The notes under the pieces: generated by a model | Seen by the model: the letters and a program-made list of their open reading frames with translations, nothing else | What the model was told of the DNA's origin: nothing | Databases searched by the model: none | Origin: Cyanophora paradoxa CCMP329 | Lineage: Eukaryota; Plantae; Glaucophyta | DNA: 64,000 bases | Reading direction: 5' to 3' | Assembly: GCA_004431415.1 (NCBI GenBank) | Contig: QPMI01000062.1 | Location: 310,001 to 374,000 of the forward strand | Position numbers and translations under genes: made by a program | Shown: positions 1 through 13,513 of the stretch, piece by piece | Position numbering within the stretch: position 1 is the stretch's first letter | How the letters are laid out: every line of letters starts with the position of its first letter

Positions 1-1653
1 TACATGCGGCGGGCGCGCCCGAGCCCCCGCCCGCCCATCCCGCCGCCTCGGCGCCGGGGCTGACGGGGCGGGGCGTGGGAGACAGACGGCGGGGGAGCAG
101 ATCGCGGGGATCGTGGGCGGGCTGGCGTTCGCGGTGACGATCAACGTGTACGGCTTCCTCTACATCAAGATCGCGCGCTTCCTGAACGACCGGGAGAACT
201 TCCGCACCGACTCGCTCTACGAGGACTCGCTCATCGCCAAAGTCTACCTCTTCCAGTTCGTCAACAACTACGTCTCCTTCTTCTGGATCGCCTTCGTCAA
301 GAACGCCGAGGTCGAGCTCTTCGGCCGCAAGGCGCGCGCTGCTCTTCCGCCCTCTCGGGGCTCCCCCCGCGCCGCGTCGGCCGCTCACGCTCACGCGCGC
401 AGGAAGTCTGCATGTCGACGGTCCCGGGGAACCCCGGGTCGCCCCCGAACTGCATGCAGGAGCTCAACCGGCAGCTCGGCTCCGTCTTCATCTCGCAGAT
501 CTTCATCGGCAACATCATCGAGGTCGTCATCCCGTGCGCCCGCCCCTCCCCCCCGCCCCAGCGCCGCGGCCGGCCCCCCCTGACGCCCCCGGAGGTACCT
601 GAAGCGGCAGTTCAAGAAGTTCCAGGCGATGCGGCGGCAGGCGATGCTCGGCGACGCCGACGTGCGCCGCACCACCCGCGTCGAGCAGGTCCCGCCCCCG
701 CCCCCGCCCCGCCGGCGGCCTCCCATCCATCGCCCCCAGTCTTATCCCATTCTCAGGAGTTCCACCTGGTGGAGTACGAGTCGCCGTTCGACGACTACTG
801 CGAGCTCGTCATCCAGTTCGGCTTCATCTCCATCTTCGCCGCCGCCTTCCCCGTGCGCCCCGCCCCGCCCCGCCCCCGCACCGCCCCGCCGGCCTTTCAG
901 CCGTCTTCCGCTCCACGCCCGCGAGCGCTGAGCCTCCCCGCTGCGCAGCTGGCGCCGCTCTTCGCGCTGATCAACAACCTGGTGGAGATCCGCTCCGACG
1001 CCTACAAGATCCTCACTTCGTACCGCCGCCCCGAGTTCCTCGGCGCCCAGGGCATCGGTCCGCGCCGCCGGCCATCTCGTTCCGCCCGGCGCCCCGTTCC
1101 GAACCTCTCCGCGCCCCGCAGGGACGTGGAAGGCGATCATGGAGATCGTGTCGGTGGTCTCCGTCGTGACGAACATGATGATCCTCTGCTTCACGTCGAC
1201 CTTCCTCGACCGCTGGGTCGAGCGGAACGAGTTCAAGCACCCCATCTTCGCCAAGTTCATGCTCTGCGTGGTCGTCGAGCACGGCATCTTCTTCGTCAAG
1301 TGGCTCATGTCGACGCTCATCCCGGACGTCCCCAAGAGCATCCGCCGCAAGGTCGCCCGCCAGGACAAGCTCCTCGAGCTCGCCGTGCGGCCCCGCCCCT
1401 CCCCGCCCCCTCGCTCCGCTCCTCGCGGCGCGGCCTCGCGTCTGATCCCCGCGCAGGAGGAGCGCGAGCGGATGATCAACCTCGTCAGCAGCAACAACGA
1501 CGAGCTGCAGCCCGGCGACGCTGAGCTCGGCCTCGGGTGCGCCCCGCCCCGCCCCACCCCACCCCGCCCCGCCCCGCGCCTCCCGGCGAGCCGGGGCGCC
1601 CGCGCAGGTACGTGACGGAGAAGACGGAGGACGAGAGCGATTACGGCGAGTAG
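1..1653 (+). CDS. Anoctamin/TMEM16 family Ca2+-activated channel/scramblase, 3' part (5' end outside window), multi-exon
   Basis: Spliced exons give [97 protein letters not shown]...IPDVP, all typical anoctamin motifs; TAG at 1651-1653. Confidence 0.95.
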
Positions 1654-1887
1654 CCGCGCAGTCCCTGACGCTCGCCCGAGCATCCTTCCCCTCCCGCCTT
1701 CCCCGCTTCCCGGCCCCTCCACGCTCACATGTAGTATGTAGTGTGTCGTGCAAGAACCTAGATTTATGCAAGATTGCTCATTCGTAAGGTGTTCGACGTT
1801 CATGTACAGGCGAAGGTTAGCTGCCAGGCTGCGGAACGGTCCGACGGGTACGGCACGAATTCGATGGCTTAGCTAGCGAGCAAGGCG

Positions 1888-4670
1888 ATGCTCCTCTGCA
1901 CGACCCGGTACGACAGGGAGCAGCCCTCGTCGATCGGGCTCTCCAGGACCGGCGAGCGCCTCGCCCTCGGGTTGTGCGTTCCGCCGAGCGGTTCCGCCCC
2001 CAGAAAACGATCTGTCGCGCGTAAGAGCTGACCATGTCGTGCCCGAGCGCAGACGAAAGGGCATCCACGTCGTCGAGGTCGGCTCGCTGTGGGAGCTCGG
2101 GTCGAAGAAGACACTACTGCCCTCGCCGAACGCGCACTGGGACGTCGGATCGCTCGAATGGAACCCGCACCCGGCGCGCGCCTCGCTCATCGCGTCCTCG
2201 GTACGGCCGCCCCGTCCGCGTACGCTGCCCCCACCGACCCGTCGGGCAGCTCAACCAGAGCGCGCTGGTGTGGGACGCGGACGACGCGGCCAAACCGCTG
2301 CAGAGCACGCTGCAGGCACACACGCGGCCGGTGGGCGACCTCGCGTGGAGCGCGCACGACCCGAACCTCCTCGCCACCTGCAGGTTCTCCCCAGCGCTGG
2401 CGGGCGCGCCGGGCGAGCCGCCCTCACGCCCCAGATCGCAGCGCTGACCCACAGCTGCGGGTCTGGGATGTGCGGTCGCCGGGGGCACCGAGCAAGTCCA
2501 TCACTTGCGGCCCCGGTGCGCCTCTCACCCTGGGACACGCCATGGGGCCGAGCGCGCGGGGCGCAGGGGGCGTGCAGGTGAAGTGGAACCGGCGGAGCGG
2601 GCACCTGCTGGCGTCGGCGCACGAGGGGACGATCCGGGTGTGGGACCTTCGGAGGGAGAGCGGGGCGCTGGTCAGCATCAACGCGCACCTCTCCAAGATC
2701 CATGGCGTCGACTGGTGCCCGCACCGCGAGCAGGAGATCCTCTCCTGCGGCCAGGACGGCACCGTCAAGGCCCGCCCCGCCCGCCCCGCCCCGCCCAGAT
2801 CGCCCGCGCCGAGCCGGCCGCAGTTCTGGACGCTGAACTCGCCGCGGGAGTGCGCGGCGGAGCTGCTCCTGGGGGTGCCCGTCTGGCGCGCCAAGTACAC
2901 GGTGCGCCACACCTGCTTCGCCTCACGCTTGCTCCCGACCAACTCCCCCCGGCAGCCGTTTGGGGAGGGCCTGGTGACGGCGGCGCAGCGGGGCGACTGC
3001 AGCGTGCGGCTGTGGAGCCTGGCGGATCTGGGCCAGCCGGTGCACATCTACAGCGGGCACGGCGAGCCCGTGCGGGCCTTCGACTGGCGGCCGGCCCGCG
3101 GCGAGTGGCAGCTCGCGAGCCTCGCGCGCGACCACACGCTCAACCTGTGGCGCGTGCCCCCGCACCTCATCGCCGCCTGCTGCCCCGCCGGCTCCGGCCG
3201 CTCCGCGCTGCGTGGCCCCGCTCTCACGCCCCCCACCTCGCCGCTCCTGGGGGGTGCCGCCCCGCCGCCCGCCGCTCCCCTGCCCCACGTGGGGAGCGAG
3301 GGGTCCATTGCCCCTCCGCCGGCACCCATCGCACGCGTCCGCTCGGAGGGGGCCATCCGGGCCCCGTCTGCGCGCCTCGGGCGGCGGCCCTCGCCGCCCC
3401 GCGGCTTCCCGCCCGTCGCGGAGGACGCGCCGACGCGCTCCGAGCCGCCCTGCCGCCCCGCGCACCTCCGGCGGTGTCTTCGCCCCCTCGGGCGTCCTGG
3501 TCTGCTGGGGCCCCGCCCTCGGCCCGAGCCCCGGCGAGGCGGCGGCCGCCGGCCCCTCGCGCCCCGCCGCTTCCGAGTCCGACGCCTCCCCGCGCTTCTC
3601 GGTGCGCCCCGCCCCGCCCCGCGCCCTCCCGCCGCCTCGCCCACGCCGCGGGGCAGTCGGACGCGTTCATGCCGCCGTCGGACGAGGACGGGGACCTGCT
3701 GCTCCTCCTCGCCCCGCCCCGCCGCTCCCGCCTCCCCGCCCGCTGGGGCCCCGACCGCGCCGCCGCCCCCCGCGTCGCCCTCGTCGACGCGGGGCCCCTC
3801 CTCCCCTTCAGCCGCGAGCTCGCCGCCCGCTACCGCCCGCCCCCGCCGGCCGCGGCGCCCCCGCCGCCGCCGAGGCCTGCCGGAGCAACGCGGCCGTCGC
3901 GGCGGGGCGCGGCGGCCGGCGCAGGCGCAGGCGTGGCGGGCGCTGGCGGCGCTGCTGGAGGGCGGCCCGTGGGGCCCCACCCGCTGGGGCAGGGCGTCGC
4001 CCCGCGCCTCGTGCGGCGGGCGCTCGCCGAGGGCGACCTCCAGCACGCGGCGCTCTTCGCCGCCTTCGCGGACCCCGCGGGGCCCCGAACCCCGGCGACG
4101 GGCCCGGCACGGGGTCGGGGCCCCGGAGCCGGCGCCCGAGCGCGACGCCCTCGCGCTGCCGCCGGCGGCCGGCCCGGCGCCGCTCGTGGCCCCGGGGAGC
4201 GGGCGGCGCTGGCGGCCGTGCGCGCCGCCTACGCCGAGCTCCTCTTCCTCACCGGCACCCCTCCCGAGAAGGCCCGTGCCCTCCTCGCCCCCTCCAGCCC
4301 CGCCCCCTGGTGGCTTTGCCCCCCCGCCGCCCCCGCCGCCCCCTCCCCCGTCCCCGCCGCGCCCCTCGCCCCGCGGCACTCCTCGCGGGGCCAGCGCTCG
4401 CGGGGCCGGCAGGAGGGGCCCCGGTGGGAGCCCCACGCGGGATCTCTCTGGACGCACCCGCCGCCCCACGCGCCGCACAGCGGGCAGCCGTCGCCGGCCT
4501 CCTCCGGATCCGGACCCCAGCCGCAGGCGGCGCCCCTCCCGCCCACCACCTGCTGCTTCTGCGCACGCACCCTCTCCGCGCCCCACGCCCTCTGCGACGG
4601 CTGCGGAGGCGTCGGGGCCTCCCCCCTCGGGCCCGCCCCCCTCCCCGCCCGCGCCGCCGCCCGCTTCTAG
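1888..4670 (+). CDS. WDR59: WDR59/Sea3-like GATOR2 WD40 subunit
   Basis: WDVGSLEWNPH, LQAHTRPVGDL, VQVKWN, AHLSKIHGVDW, PVWRAKYT-PFGEGLV, PVHIYSGH and PRTSGGVFAPSGVLVCW match the motif order of WDR59; C-terminal CxxC...CxxC; apparent frameshifts in the GC-rich middle. Confidence 0.88.
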
Positions 4671-4736
4671 GGATAGTGCTCTTTGTTGATATACTTAGTA
4701 GGAAGCGACAGAGAGAGGCGCCGGCAGGTGGCGGGG

Positions 4737-5714
4737 TCAGCCGGCGGGCGTGCCGATCGAGGACATCATGCTCGTGTTCTGGAGGGGTCTGGCGGACGGT
4801 GAGGCCAGAAAGGGGCGGCCGCGGGGCCGAGCAGCGCGGCCAAGGCGCGCACGAGGCGATGCCGGTGATGGCGAAGCGCTCCTCGCGCAGCGCGGGGCGG
4901 ATCCGGTGCATCGGCTGCCGGCGGGCGAGTCGGACAGGCGCCCCGAGGCGCGAGGTGGGGGTAGGCGCACGACGGAGAAGGGCCGCTCGCCGGTGTTAAT
5001 CTCGACCTTCACGAGCCCCTGTGTGTTGTTGAAGAGGGTGGGGAGCACCTGGCAGGGCCCGCGGGGTCAGGCGGAGGCGCGGTGCGGGGGCGGGGGGGTG
5101 GGGCGGGGGCCGGAAGGGGCGGGGTGCGGTGCCGGGGCACCTCGTCGGGGTCGAAGATGCGGTCGGCGTTGTAGAGGAAGCCCATGAGGCTGCCGGGCAT
5201 CGAGGGCGGGTACTCCTCCGCCTCGTTGAAGTGGGTGAAGAGCATGCTCTTCGTGTGCGGGTCGTAGAGGAGGCCGATCGTGTCCCCCTCGCCCCACGTC
5301 CGCTCGCTGTACTTCTCCGCCAGATACCACGGCTCGGCCCCGTGGAACGTCGAGCCGCTGCGGAGGGCCCCGCGTCAGGCGCGGGCGGTTCAGGCGTGAG
5401 GCGGCCGTTTCAGTTGCGCTGGGGCAGGCCCGGCGATGCCAAATGCGCACCTGGGATCCAGGACCAGCGCTCCGGTCTGGCCCAGCTCGCCGGGGGGCGC
5501 GAGCCCAAACAAACACTGCCCACGGAGGAACTTGACCTCGACGTAGGTTGTCGTGCGCTTCTCCATCCTCCGTTGCACTTGGTGCGTCGCCCGCGGCATC
5601 AGCGTGACGACCTGCGCGGCGGCGGTTGAAACTGAAGCCGGGCAAAGCTAAACTGATGCCGCGAACCTGCGAATCTTGCGGGGGCGGCGCTGGCGCCTCG
5701 TCTGACGTCGCCAT
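4737..5714 (-). CDS. SPRY-domain protein
   Basis: Spliced: YVEVKFL...WGEGDTIGLLYD...VLPTLF...VKVEINTGERPF, fitting the SPRY consensus (GDxIG, VxxNxGxxPF); start approximate. Confidence 0.7.
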
Positions 5715-6039
5715 GTGCTGGATGTTCTCCTGAATGCCCCCACTATCTCCTGCCGGCCGTAACTGATGCTAAGCTAAGGCGATGCTTCGCGTCCGGTGGA
5801 GCCGGAGCTTGCAAACGATTAGAGGTACACTGAGAAGGCTAATGCAGTTAGACCAGCGTCCTTGGCTCGCAGGCTACGGTTCTTCGGTTCGATTGAGGAG
5901 CGAGCGTACCCCAATTCAAAACCCCCCGAAACGTTCGGCGCCCAAGGCGGGCTGCCCAGGCCCTGCCGGCGCTTGGAAGCACGAAAGCAGGCATTAGGTG
6001 CACAGTTAGCACCACATCGATGGACCTGTAGCAGCCGGA

Positions 6040-9000
6040 ATGTCGATCAGCGAGCGGCAGCAAGACACCGAGCTCATCCTTCGCTTTCAGCCCGTAGACG
6101 TCGATTTCCTGTGCCTGCAGCTTAGGAAGCGGACAAACAGCCTACGCGCGCTCGATCTGTGGTGCGTCGCCGAGTCATGCGCCTCATCGGAAAAGCTCGA
6201 CCGGCTCGCCAGCGCCGAAGGACTGCTGGAGAGCAGCTATTTGTGCTTAGCTAGAGAGGGAAACGCTACGAGCCCGCATGCCGCCGCTGACGCTCGGTTT
6301 AGGTGCTGCAGGTTGGACCCTGCCACAGCCGCGCCGCTCTCCCGGGCTCTCAGCAGGGCGCTCTCGCTCCAGTTCCTCGACCTCGGCGCGAACGCGCTCG
6401 GTGCGTGGTCTCCAGCGCCTCGGCAGCCGAGCCGCCCTCACGCGCTTGCAGGGGACGCTGGCGCCGCCGAGCTCCTTGCCGCCATCCCGCCGCAGCTCCA
6501 GGGGCTTGTGCTCGACAAGAACAGGCTCGGGGACACCGCAGGCAGGGCGCTCGCGCAGCTCTTGGCCACGCACGGCGCCCTCGTCAGCGTCAGCGCTAAG
6601 GACAACCGCCTCGGGAACGCGACCGCTGCGGCGATAGGGGAGGCGCTGTGCCAGAACCCGCACTCGGTCCTGCATAGCCTCGACCTCTCGGAGAACCAGA
6701 TCGGCACGGCGGGGGCGCAGGCGCTGCTCGAGGGAGTGCAGCGGAGCGAGAGCCTCGCGCGCGTCGAGCTGCAGGGGAACCTCATCGCCAACGCCGGCGT
6801 CCTCGAGGACATACAGAACGCCCTCAACATCACCGCGAACTCGCTCGGTCCGGCCTGCGCGCGGCCCCGGCTGCCGCCCGCCCCCACTGAGGCCGCCCGC
6901 AGACCTCTCGGCTGGCAGCGGCTTCCCGATCGCAGAGGCCCGGCCCCTCAAGGAGCGCATGGTGCCCGCCGCGCCGTAGAAGCCCCGCGCCGCCGCCCAG
7001 CGCCCACCGCGCCCGCAGATGCGGAGGGGGAAGCAGGTGCCGCCGCCGCACCGGAGGAGCCCGCCGTCCTCGCCCCTCGACTCCTCGTTCTTCTCCGCCG
7101 CCTCGCCGCCGCGGCGCCAGGCGGGGCGGTCGGGCGAGCGGAGCCGGCTGGAGGGGAGCCGGCTGGAGCGCTCCGGGGCCATCTCGGAGAGCGAGGCAGA
7201 GGCGAGCCGGGCGCTCTGGGCGCGCGCCCAGGCCGACTTCTGGCGCCGCGCCGCGGCCTCCGAGGCCTCCGGCGAGGAGGAGGAGGAGGACGAGGGGGAC
7301 GAGTCGACGGTGCTGGTGCTGCGGGGCGGGCGCGGGGGCGGGGGCCGGGGCGGGGGCGAGGACCCGCTGGAGGAGCTGGCGCGGGAGCTGGACGCGGAGG
7401 ACGAGGCGGAGGAGGCGGCGCTCAGCCGCAGCCGCGCCTCCTCCGCGGGGGCGCCCCTCGCGAGCCCCGAGCGCCGGCGCCGCCTGGGGGAGATCTGGCG
7501 CGAGGCCAGCCGCCAGGTCCGCGAGCGCCAGGAGCAGGCGCGCCTCCAGCGCCTCAAGGAGCGCCCCCGGCGGCCCCGCCTGCCCCACTCCCCCTCCTCC
7601 TCCTCCGCCTCCGAGGCCGCGTCCCCCGAGCGCCCCCCGCCGCCCCACGACGAGGCGGGCTACGGCGCCGACTCCAGCCGCCTCTACGCCGCCCCGCGGC
7701 CAGCCGGCCCCCGCCGCCACCGCGAGCACCGCTCCGCCGCCCCGCCCCGCCCCGGACTCCCCTCCCCGCGGCCCTACCGCCGCGGGGCGGCCCCTCGGCC
7801 CCGCGCCGCCCCCGCCCCAGCCGCGCGACCTCTCCCCCTCTTCGGCCCTCGAGGAGCCGCGCAAGCCGCCGCCCCTCAACGGGGGCGTCCGCGGCGGCCC
7901 GCCGCCCCCGCGCCGCCGCGAGGCGCCCCGCCCCCCGATCCCCTACCCCTCCTTCCTCCAGACCTCCGTGGAGAGCGCCTCCTCGGCGCCCCCCGGGGCC
8001 CACCCCGTGACGATCTCGATCGGGTCGCCGGGCCACCTGGCCCCGCCGGGCTTCCACGGGACGGCGCAGGCGCTGGGGCCGGGCCCGCCCCCCTGGGGCC
8101 TCCACGGCCCCTCCCTGCTGAACGCGTCGGCCATCAGCGAGCGCTCGGCAACAGACTACGGCGAGTGGTCCCTCGCCGAGCCCCTCGCCGCCCTCCCGCA
8201 GCAGGCCGCCCGCGCCGCCCCCGACAAGGCCCTCGACGAGGCACGCCGCGCCCGCGAGGCCTCCGACGAGGCCGCCGCCGCCGCCCGCTCCGCCCTCGCC
8301 GAGTCCGAGCGGCGCGCGGCCGCCGCCGAGGCGCGGGCGCTGTCGGCCGAGGAGCGGGCGGCGGCGGCGGAGGAGCGGGCGCGGGGCCTGGCGCAGGCGA
8401 TCAGCGAGGGCCCGGCGGGCGGCTCCGAGGCGGCGGAGGGCGGGCGCGGGCGGCGGAGGAGAAGGCGCGGGGCGCGGAGGAGCGGGCGCGGGCGCTGGCG
8501 CTGGCGCTGCAGGAGGCCCGCGAGATGCTGCGGCGGGCCCCCGCCGGCGCCGAAGAGGCGGCGCGGCTGGCGGCGGCCGTCGCGGGGGGCGCCTCCTCCG
8601 CCGAGGACCGCGACCGCCTCGCCGCCCTCCTCAACGCCGGCCAGGCCTGGGAGTCCGCCCCGCGCCCGCAGGCTCGAACCGCGCCCCCGCTCACGCCGGC
8701 GCAGGATGGAGCAGCTGCGGGGCCAGCTGCGGGAGCAGGAGGCGGAGCTGCTGCGGGTGCGGGAGGCGCTGCTGGCGGGGCGCGAGGAGGTCGCCGCCTG
8801 CCGCGCCGAGATCGAGGCGCTGCGGGCCGCCAAGGAGGACGAGGCGCGGGCGCTGGTCGAGCGCTGGCGGCTCTCGGACGAGGCGAAGGACCGGGCGATC
8901 GCGGAGCTGCGGGGCCAGCTGGGCGAGCGCGACGAGGTCGCCGCGCTCCTCGCCGACGTCGAGCGCATGGTCGGCGCCCGCACCGAGATGGCCCAAGCCG

Positions 9001-12000
9001 AGATCGACGACCTCCGCGGCCGCGTGCGCCCACCCGCCTCGCCCGCTGCTGCCGCGCTCCTGCTGCTGAGGGGCGTGGGGCAGCTGGAGGCGTCGAGCGC
9101 GGAGCTGGAGGGGATCCGGCGGGTGCAGCGGGGCGATTTTGAGGCGGGGCGGCGCATCGCGGAGCTCGAGCACGCCCTCGCCGTCCGCTCCGCCGAGCTC
9201 GAGGCGGCGAGAAAAGAAGCCGCCGAGGCCCGCGAGGCCGCCGAGGCCGCCCGCGCCGCCGCCGCCGCCGCCGCCGCCGAGGCGTCCGCGGCGTCCGGGG
9301 TGGGGGCGGCGGAGGCGTCGCACTCGATGGTGGCGGACGTGCCGGGCTCCGTGGCCGAGGACGCCACGCTCCGCTCCATCGCCGGCGACGCGTCGCGCGC
9401 CGACGCCGGGGAGCCCCGCACGCCGGCGCCGGCGCCGCGGGAGGGGCGGGGCGCGGAGGGGGCGCCGCTGGGGCCCCTTGGGGAGCTGCTGCGGGGCGGG
9501 CTGCAGGGGCGGCGGGAGGCGGCGGGGCGGACGCGGGGGCGCTGCGGGAGCTGGCGGCCGGCCTGGGGCCCCGCGTGGAGGCCCTCAAGGCGCGCGTGGA
9601 CGCCGCGCGCGACGCCGCCCTCGGGCCGGCCGCCGGCGCCGCCCGCCTCGCCGCCTTCGAGGCCCGCCTCGCCGAGGCCGAGGAGGCGGCGCGGCCGCCG
9701 GAACCGGCGGCACTGGAGCGGGAGCTGGAGGGGGCGGAGGAGGCGGCGGAGCGGGAGCTGGCGGAGGCGCGCGGGGCGCTCCAGATGGCGGTCGTCGAGG
9801 CGCGGGCCCTGCAGCAGCTCCTCGCCGAGGCGGCGGGGCGCGAGGCCGAGCTCGCCGCCGCCGCCGCCCTCGGCGCCGAGCTCCGCGCCGCCCTCCGCCT
9901 CCTCCGCGCCGCCGCCCCCGCCGAGGCGGGGCCTCGCCGCCGGCCTCGCCCCCGGCCTCGCCGCCGCCCGCGCTGGAGCGGAGCCGGCTGGAGCTGGAGG
10001 CTCTGGCGGAGGAGGCGGAGGCGCTCCTCTACGACGACTGCGAGGCCGAGCGCGCCCGCCTCCGCCCCGCCGCCGCCGCCCTTCGCTCCCGCATCGCCCG
10101 CCTCCGCATCGGCGACGGCGGCGGCGGGGCGGAGGTGGAGGCGGAGGGGGAGCTGGCGGAGGCGCGGCGGGAGGCGGCGGCGCTGGCGGAGCGGGCGGAG
10201 GCGGCGGGGCGGGAGCTCGAGGCGGCGCGGCTCGAGGCGGAGGCGCTGCGGGAGGAGGCGGCGCGCCTGCGGGCCGAGGCCGCCCCGGGGGCCTCCCCCG
10301 TGCCCCGGCCCCGGAGGACGACCGCGAGGCCGAGGCGCTGCGGGACGAGCTCGCGCGGCTCCGCGGCCGCCTGGAGGCCTCCGAGGCCCGCGAGCGCGCG
10401 GCCGAGCGGGGGGCGGCCGGCCTGCGCGAGGAGCTCGCCGCCGCCCGCGCCGACTGCGAGCGCCTCATGCAGGAGCTCTTCGCCGCCAAGGCGGGCCCCT
10501 CCCTCGGTTCCCTCCGTCGGCGCCTCTGCCTCTGACGCGCCGCGCAGGGGCGGCCGGCGAGCGGGGCGGCGCTGGCAGCGGGGTCGGGGCCGGGGGGCCG
10601 GGGCCGGGCGGGGCGGGGTGCTGGAGGCGGCGGAGGTGCTGGCGCTGGGCGGCTTCGACGAAGAGGTCGCCTGGCTCCGCGAGGAGAGCGACGCCCTGCG
10701 GAGGGAGGTCGAGCGCCTCGCCGCCGCCCTCGACGAGGCCCGCCGCGACAACGAGCGCCTCGCCTCCGCCCGCCCCGAGGCCCGGCGGGGACCTGGGCGC
10801 GCTGCGGGGCGAGTGCGAGGCGCTGCGGGCGCGGCTGCAGCGGGCGGCCGAGGCGAACGAGGCGCTGCGGGGGGAGAACGGGCAGCTCGGGGAGGCCCTC
10901 GAGGCGGCCCGCGCCGCCGCCGCCGAGGCCGCCGAGGCGGCGAGCGTGGCGGCGGAGGCGGCGGCGGCGGCCGGCGAGGCCTCCCCCGCGAGGCGCCCCG
11001 GGGTGGACCTGGAGGGCCCGCTGGGGGCGCTGCGGGGCGCGCTGGAGGCGGTGGCGGCGGCGGCGGGGGAGGCGCAGCGGGAGCAGGAGGCGCTGCTGGA
11101 CGTCGCCGAGGAGCTCGTCGCCTCCGCCGCCGAGCGCGCCTCGTCGAGCTTCGAGGCCCCGCCCGCCGGCCCCGGCCCCGACCCCGAGGCCGAGCTCGCC
11201 GCCGCCCGCGAGGAGGCCCTCCGCGAGGCGGGCCGCGCCGACCGGGCCGAGGAGGCGGCGGAGGCGGGGCGCGCCGCCCTCGCCCGCGCCGAGCTCGACG
11301 CCGGCGCGCTGCGCGAGGAGCTCCGGCGCGCCGAGGCGGCGCTGGCGGCCGGCGGGAGCGGCTGGCGGAGACGGAGGGGCGGCTGGCGGAGACGGAGGGG
11401 CGGCTGGGGGCGGAGGAGGGCGCGGGGCGGAGCTGCGGGGCGAGGTGGCGGCGGCGGAGGGCCGCCTGCGGGCGCTGGAGGCCCGCGTGGCGCGCCTCTC
11501 GGACGGGGCGGTGCTGGAGGCCGAGTGCGAGGCGCTGCGGGAGCAGCTCGCCGCGATCCTCGTGCGGGGCGCCGGGGCGGCGAGGAGATGGCCGAGCAGC
11601 TCGCCGGGCTCCTGCGCGACAACCTCCGCCTCCGCCGCGAGGCGGCCGAGCTGCGCGCCGCCGCCGCCGAGGCCGCCGAGGCCGCCCGCCGCGCCGGCGA
11701 GGAGGCCGCCGCCGGGCTCCGGGCGCAGGCGCAGGAGTCGGCGGCCGAGCTGCGCGCGCAGGCGGAGGAGGCGCGGCGCGGCGAGGCGGCCGCCCGCGAG
11801 GCGGCGGCGGCCCGCGAGGCGGCCGCGGTGGCGGAGCTGCGGGCGGCGCTCGAGGCGGAGCGGGCGCGGGCGGCGGCGCTGGAGGAGGCCGCGGAGCGAA
11901 GGCAGGCCGACTCCGAGCGCGCCGCCGCCGCCCAGCTCACCGTGCGACCCGCTGTCGCCGCCCCCGCGCCGCCCGTGCCGAGCTCGCGGCGCAGGGCGAG

Positions 12001-13513
12001 CTGGCGTCGGCGCGGGGCGAGTGCGAGGCGCTGCGGGCGCGGATGCAGCGGGCGGCCGACGCGAACGAGGCCCTCCGGGGGAGGTGGCGGCGCTGAAGAA
12101 GGAGCGCGACGAGCGGGCGGCGGAGGCGCAGGCGGCGCTCGCGAAGGCGGCCGCCGACGCCGAGGCCGCCGCCGCCCGCGCCGCCGAGGAGCTCGCCGCC
12201 GCCCGCGCCGTGCGCCCTCCCTTCGTCACATCTCAACTTTTCTGTCAGCTCACCCTCGCGCAGGAGGCGGAGCGGGCGAAGCTTGCGGGGCGGAAGGTGA
12301 AGAAGGGGGACGACGACGCGCAGGCGCGGCGGCGGGCGGCCGAGGCCGAGGCGCGCGCCGAGGAGGCCGAGGAGCGCGCCAACAAGATGCGCCAGGAGAT
12401 GGTCGAGATGCGGTGCGCGGCCCTCCTCCTCCCCGCTCCCCTCCTGCCCTCCCCGGCTGAGCGGGGGACGGCAGGAGGGACCTGGCGGGGAAGGCGCGGG
12501 AGCGGGAGGAGGAGGCGGTGCGGGGGGCGGCGGAGGAGTCGGAGCGGCGGCTGGCGGAGCGCGAGGCCGAGTGGGCGGCCAAGGAGGCCGAGCTCCGCGC
12601 CGAGCTCGACGCCGAGCGCGCCCGCCTCGTGCGCCCCGCCCGCCCGCCCCTTCCCCGCCCCCTCTGACCTCCTTCCGGCCAAGGCGGAGGAGGCGGGGCG
12701 GGAGCGGGAGGCGGCGGCGGCGGCGGCGGCGGCGGAGCGGCGGCGGCTGGAGGAGGACGTGGCGGGGCGGGAAGCGGCGATGCGGGCGGCCATGGAGGCC
12801 GAGCGGGCGGAGCTCGCCCAGCGCGCCGAGGCCGACCGCTCCAAGCAGGGCGACGCCGAGCGCGCCGCCCGCGAGGCCGAGCGCAGGCGCCGCAACGAGG
12901 AGGAGCGCAAGGAGCTGCAGGAGAAGGAGCGGAAAAAGGCGCACCTGCGGGCCGGCGCCCTCTTCACGAAGCTCGACTTCAAGGGCTCGGGCTCGCGCCC
13001 CGTCTGGGCCGCCCTCGCCCGCGACCAGGGCTCCCTCCTCTGGGGCGACCCCCGCAAGTGGGCCAACACCCGCGACGAGCGCGCCGCCCCGCACCGCGGT
13101 CCGCCCCCACCCGCCCCGCCCTTCATGCGCGGCCTCACGCGTTTGCGGGGGGGCAGAGCCGCTGGACAGCATCCAGGGCGTGCTGGCCGGCCCGCACTCG
13201 GCGGTGGCGAAGAAGCGGGGCCTGGGGGCTGGGGAGGCGGCGCGGTGCCTCTCGCTGCAGCTGCCGGCGCGGACCCTCGACCTCGTCGCCGCCAGCGCCC
13301 TCGAGCGCGACGCCTGGGTCGACGGCTTCCGGTCCGCCCCTTTTGCTTCCCGGCCCGCTCCTCCGCCCTTTGAGCTGGCTGCTCCGCAGGGCCCTCCGCC
13401 CCAACCTCTCCATCAAGACCGACGCCGACGCGCCCACCCCGGGTGGCCCCCCCGGCCCGGCCTCCCCCTCCCCTCCCTCGCCCGCCGCCGGCGCCGGCGA
13501 CGCGTACGAATAG
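6040..13513 (+). CDS. Large protein: N-terminal RNI-like LRRs, very long Ala/Glu/Arg coiled coil, C-terminal PH domain (may be more than one gene)
   Basis: LQFLDLGANALG, LVLDKNRLGD, LDLSENQIG repeats; about 5 kb of EAAR-rich heptads; C-terminal LRAGALFTK...LLWG...RCLSLQLPARTLDLVAASALERDAWVDGF; several apparent frameshifts. Confidence 0.7.

Noticed and set aside
8156-12229. Very long antisense and alternative-frame ORFs (e.g. 1357 aa on the minus strand, and similar ones throughout)
   Set aside because: Expected from stop-codon scarcity at extreme GC content; the translations are Arg/Pro/Gly/Ala-rich shadows of real genes
3400-12600. Frame switches in WDR59 and the LRR-coiled-coil gene as programmed frameshifts or pseudogenes
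   Set aside because: They fall in G/C homopolymer-rich stretches where single-base assembly indels or unrecognised short introns are more likely; conserved domains are otherwise intact
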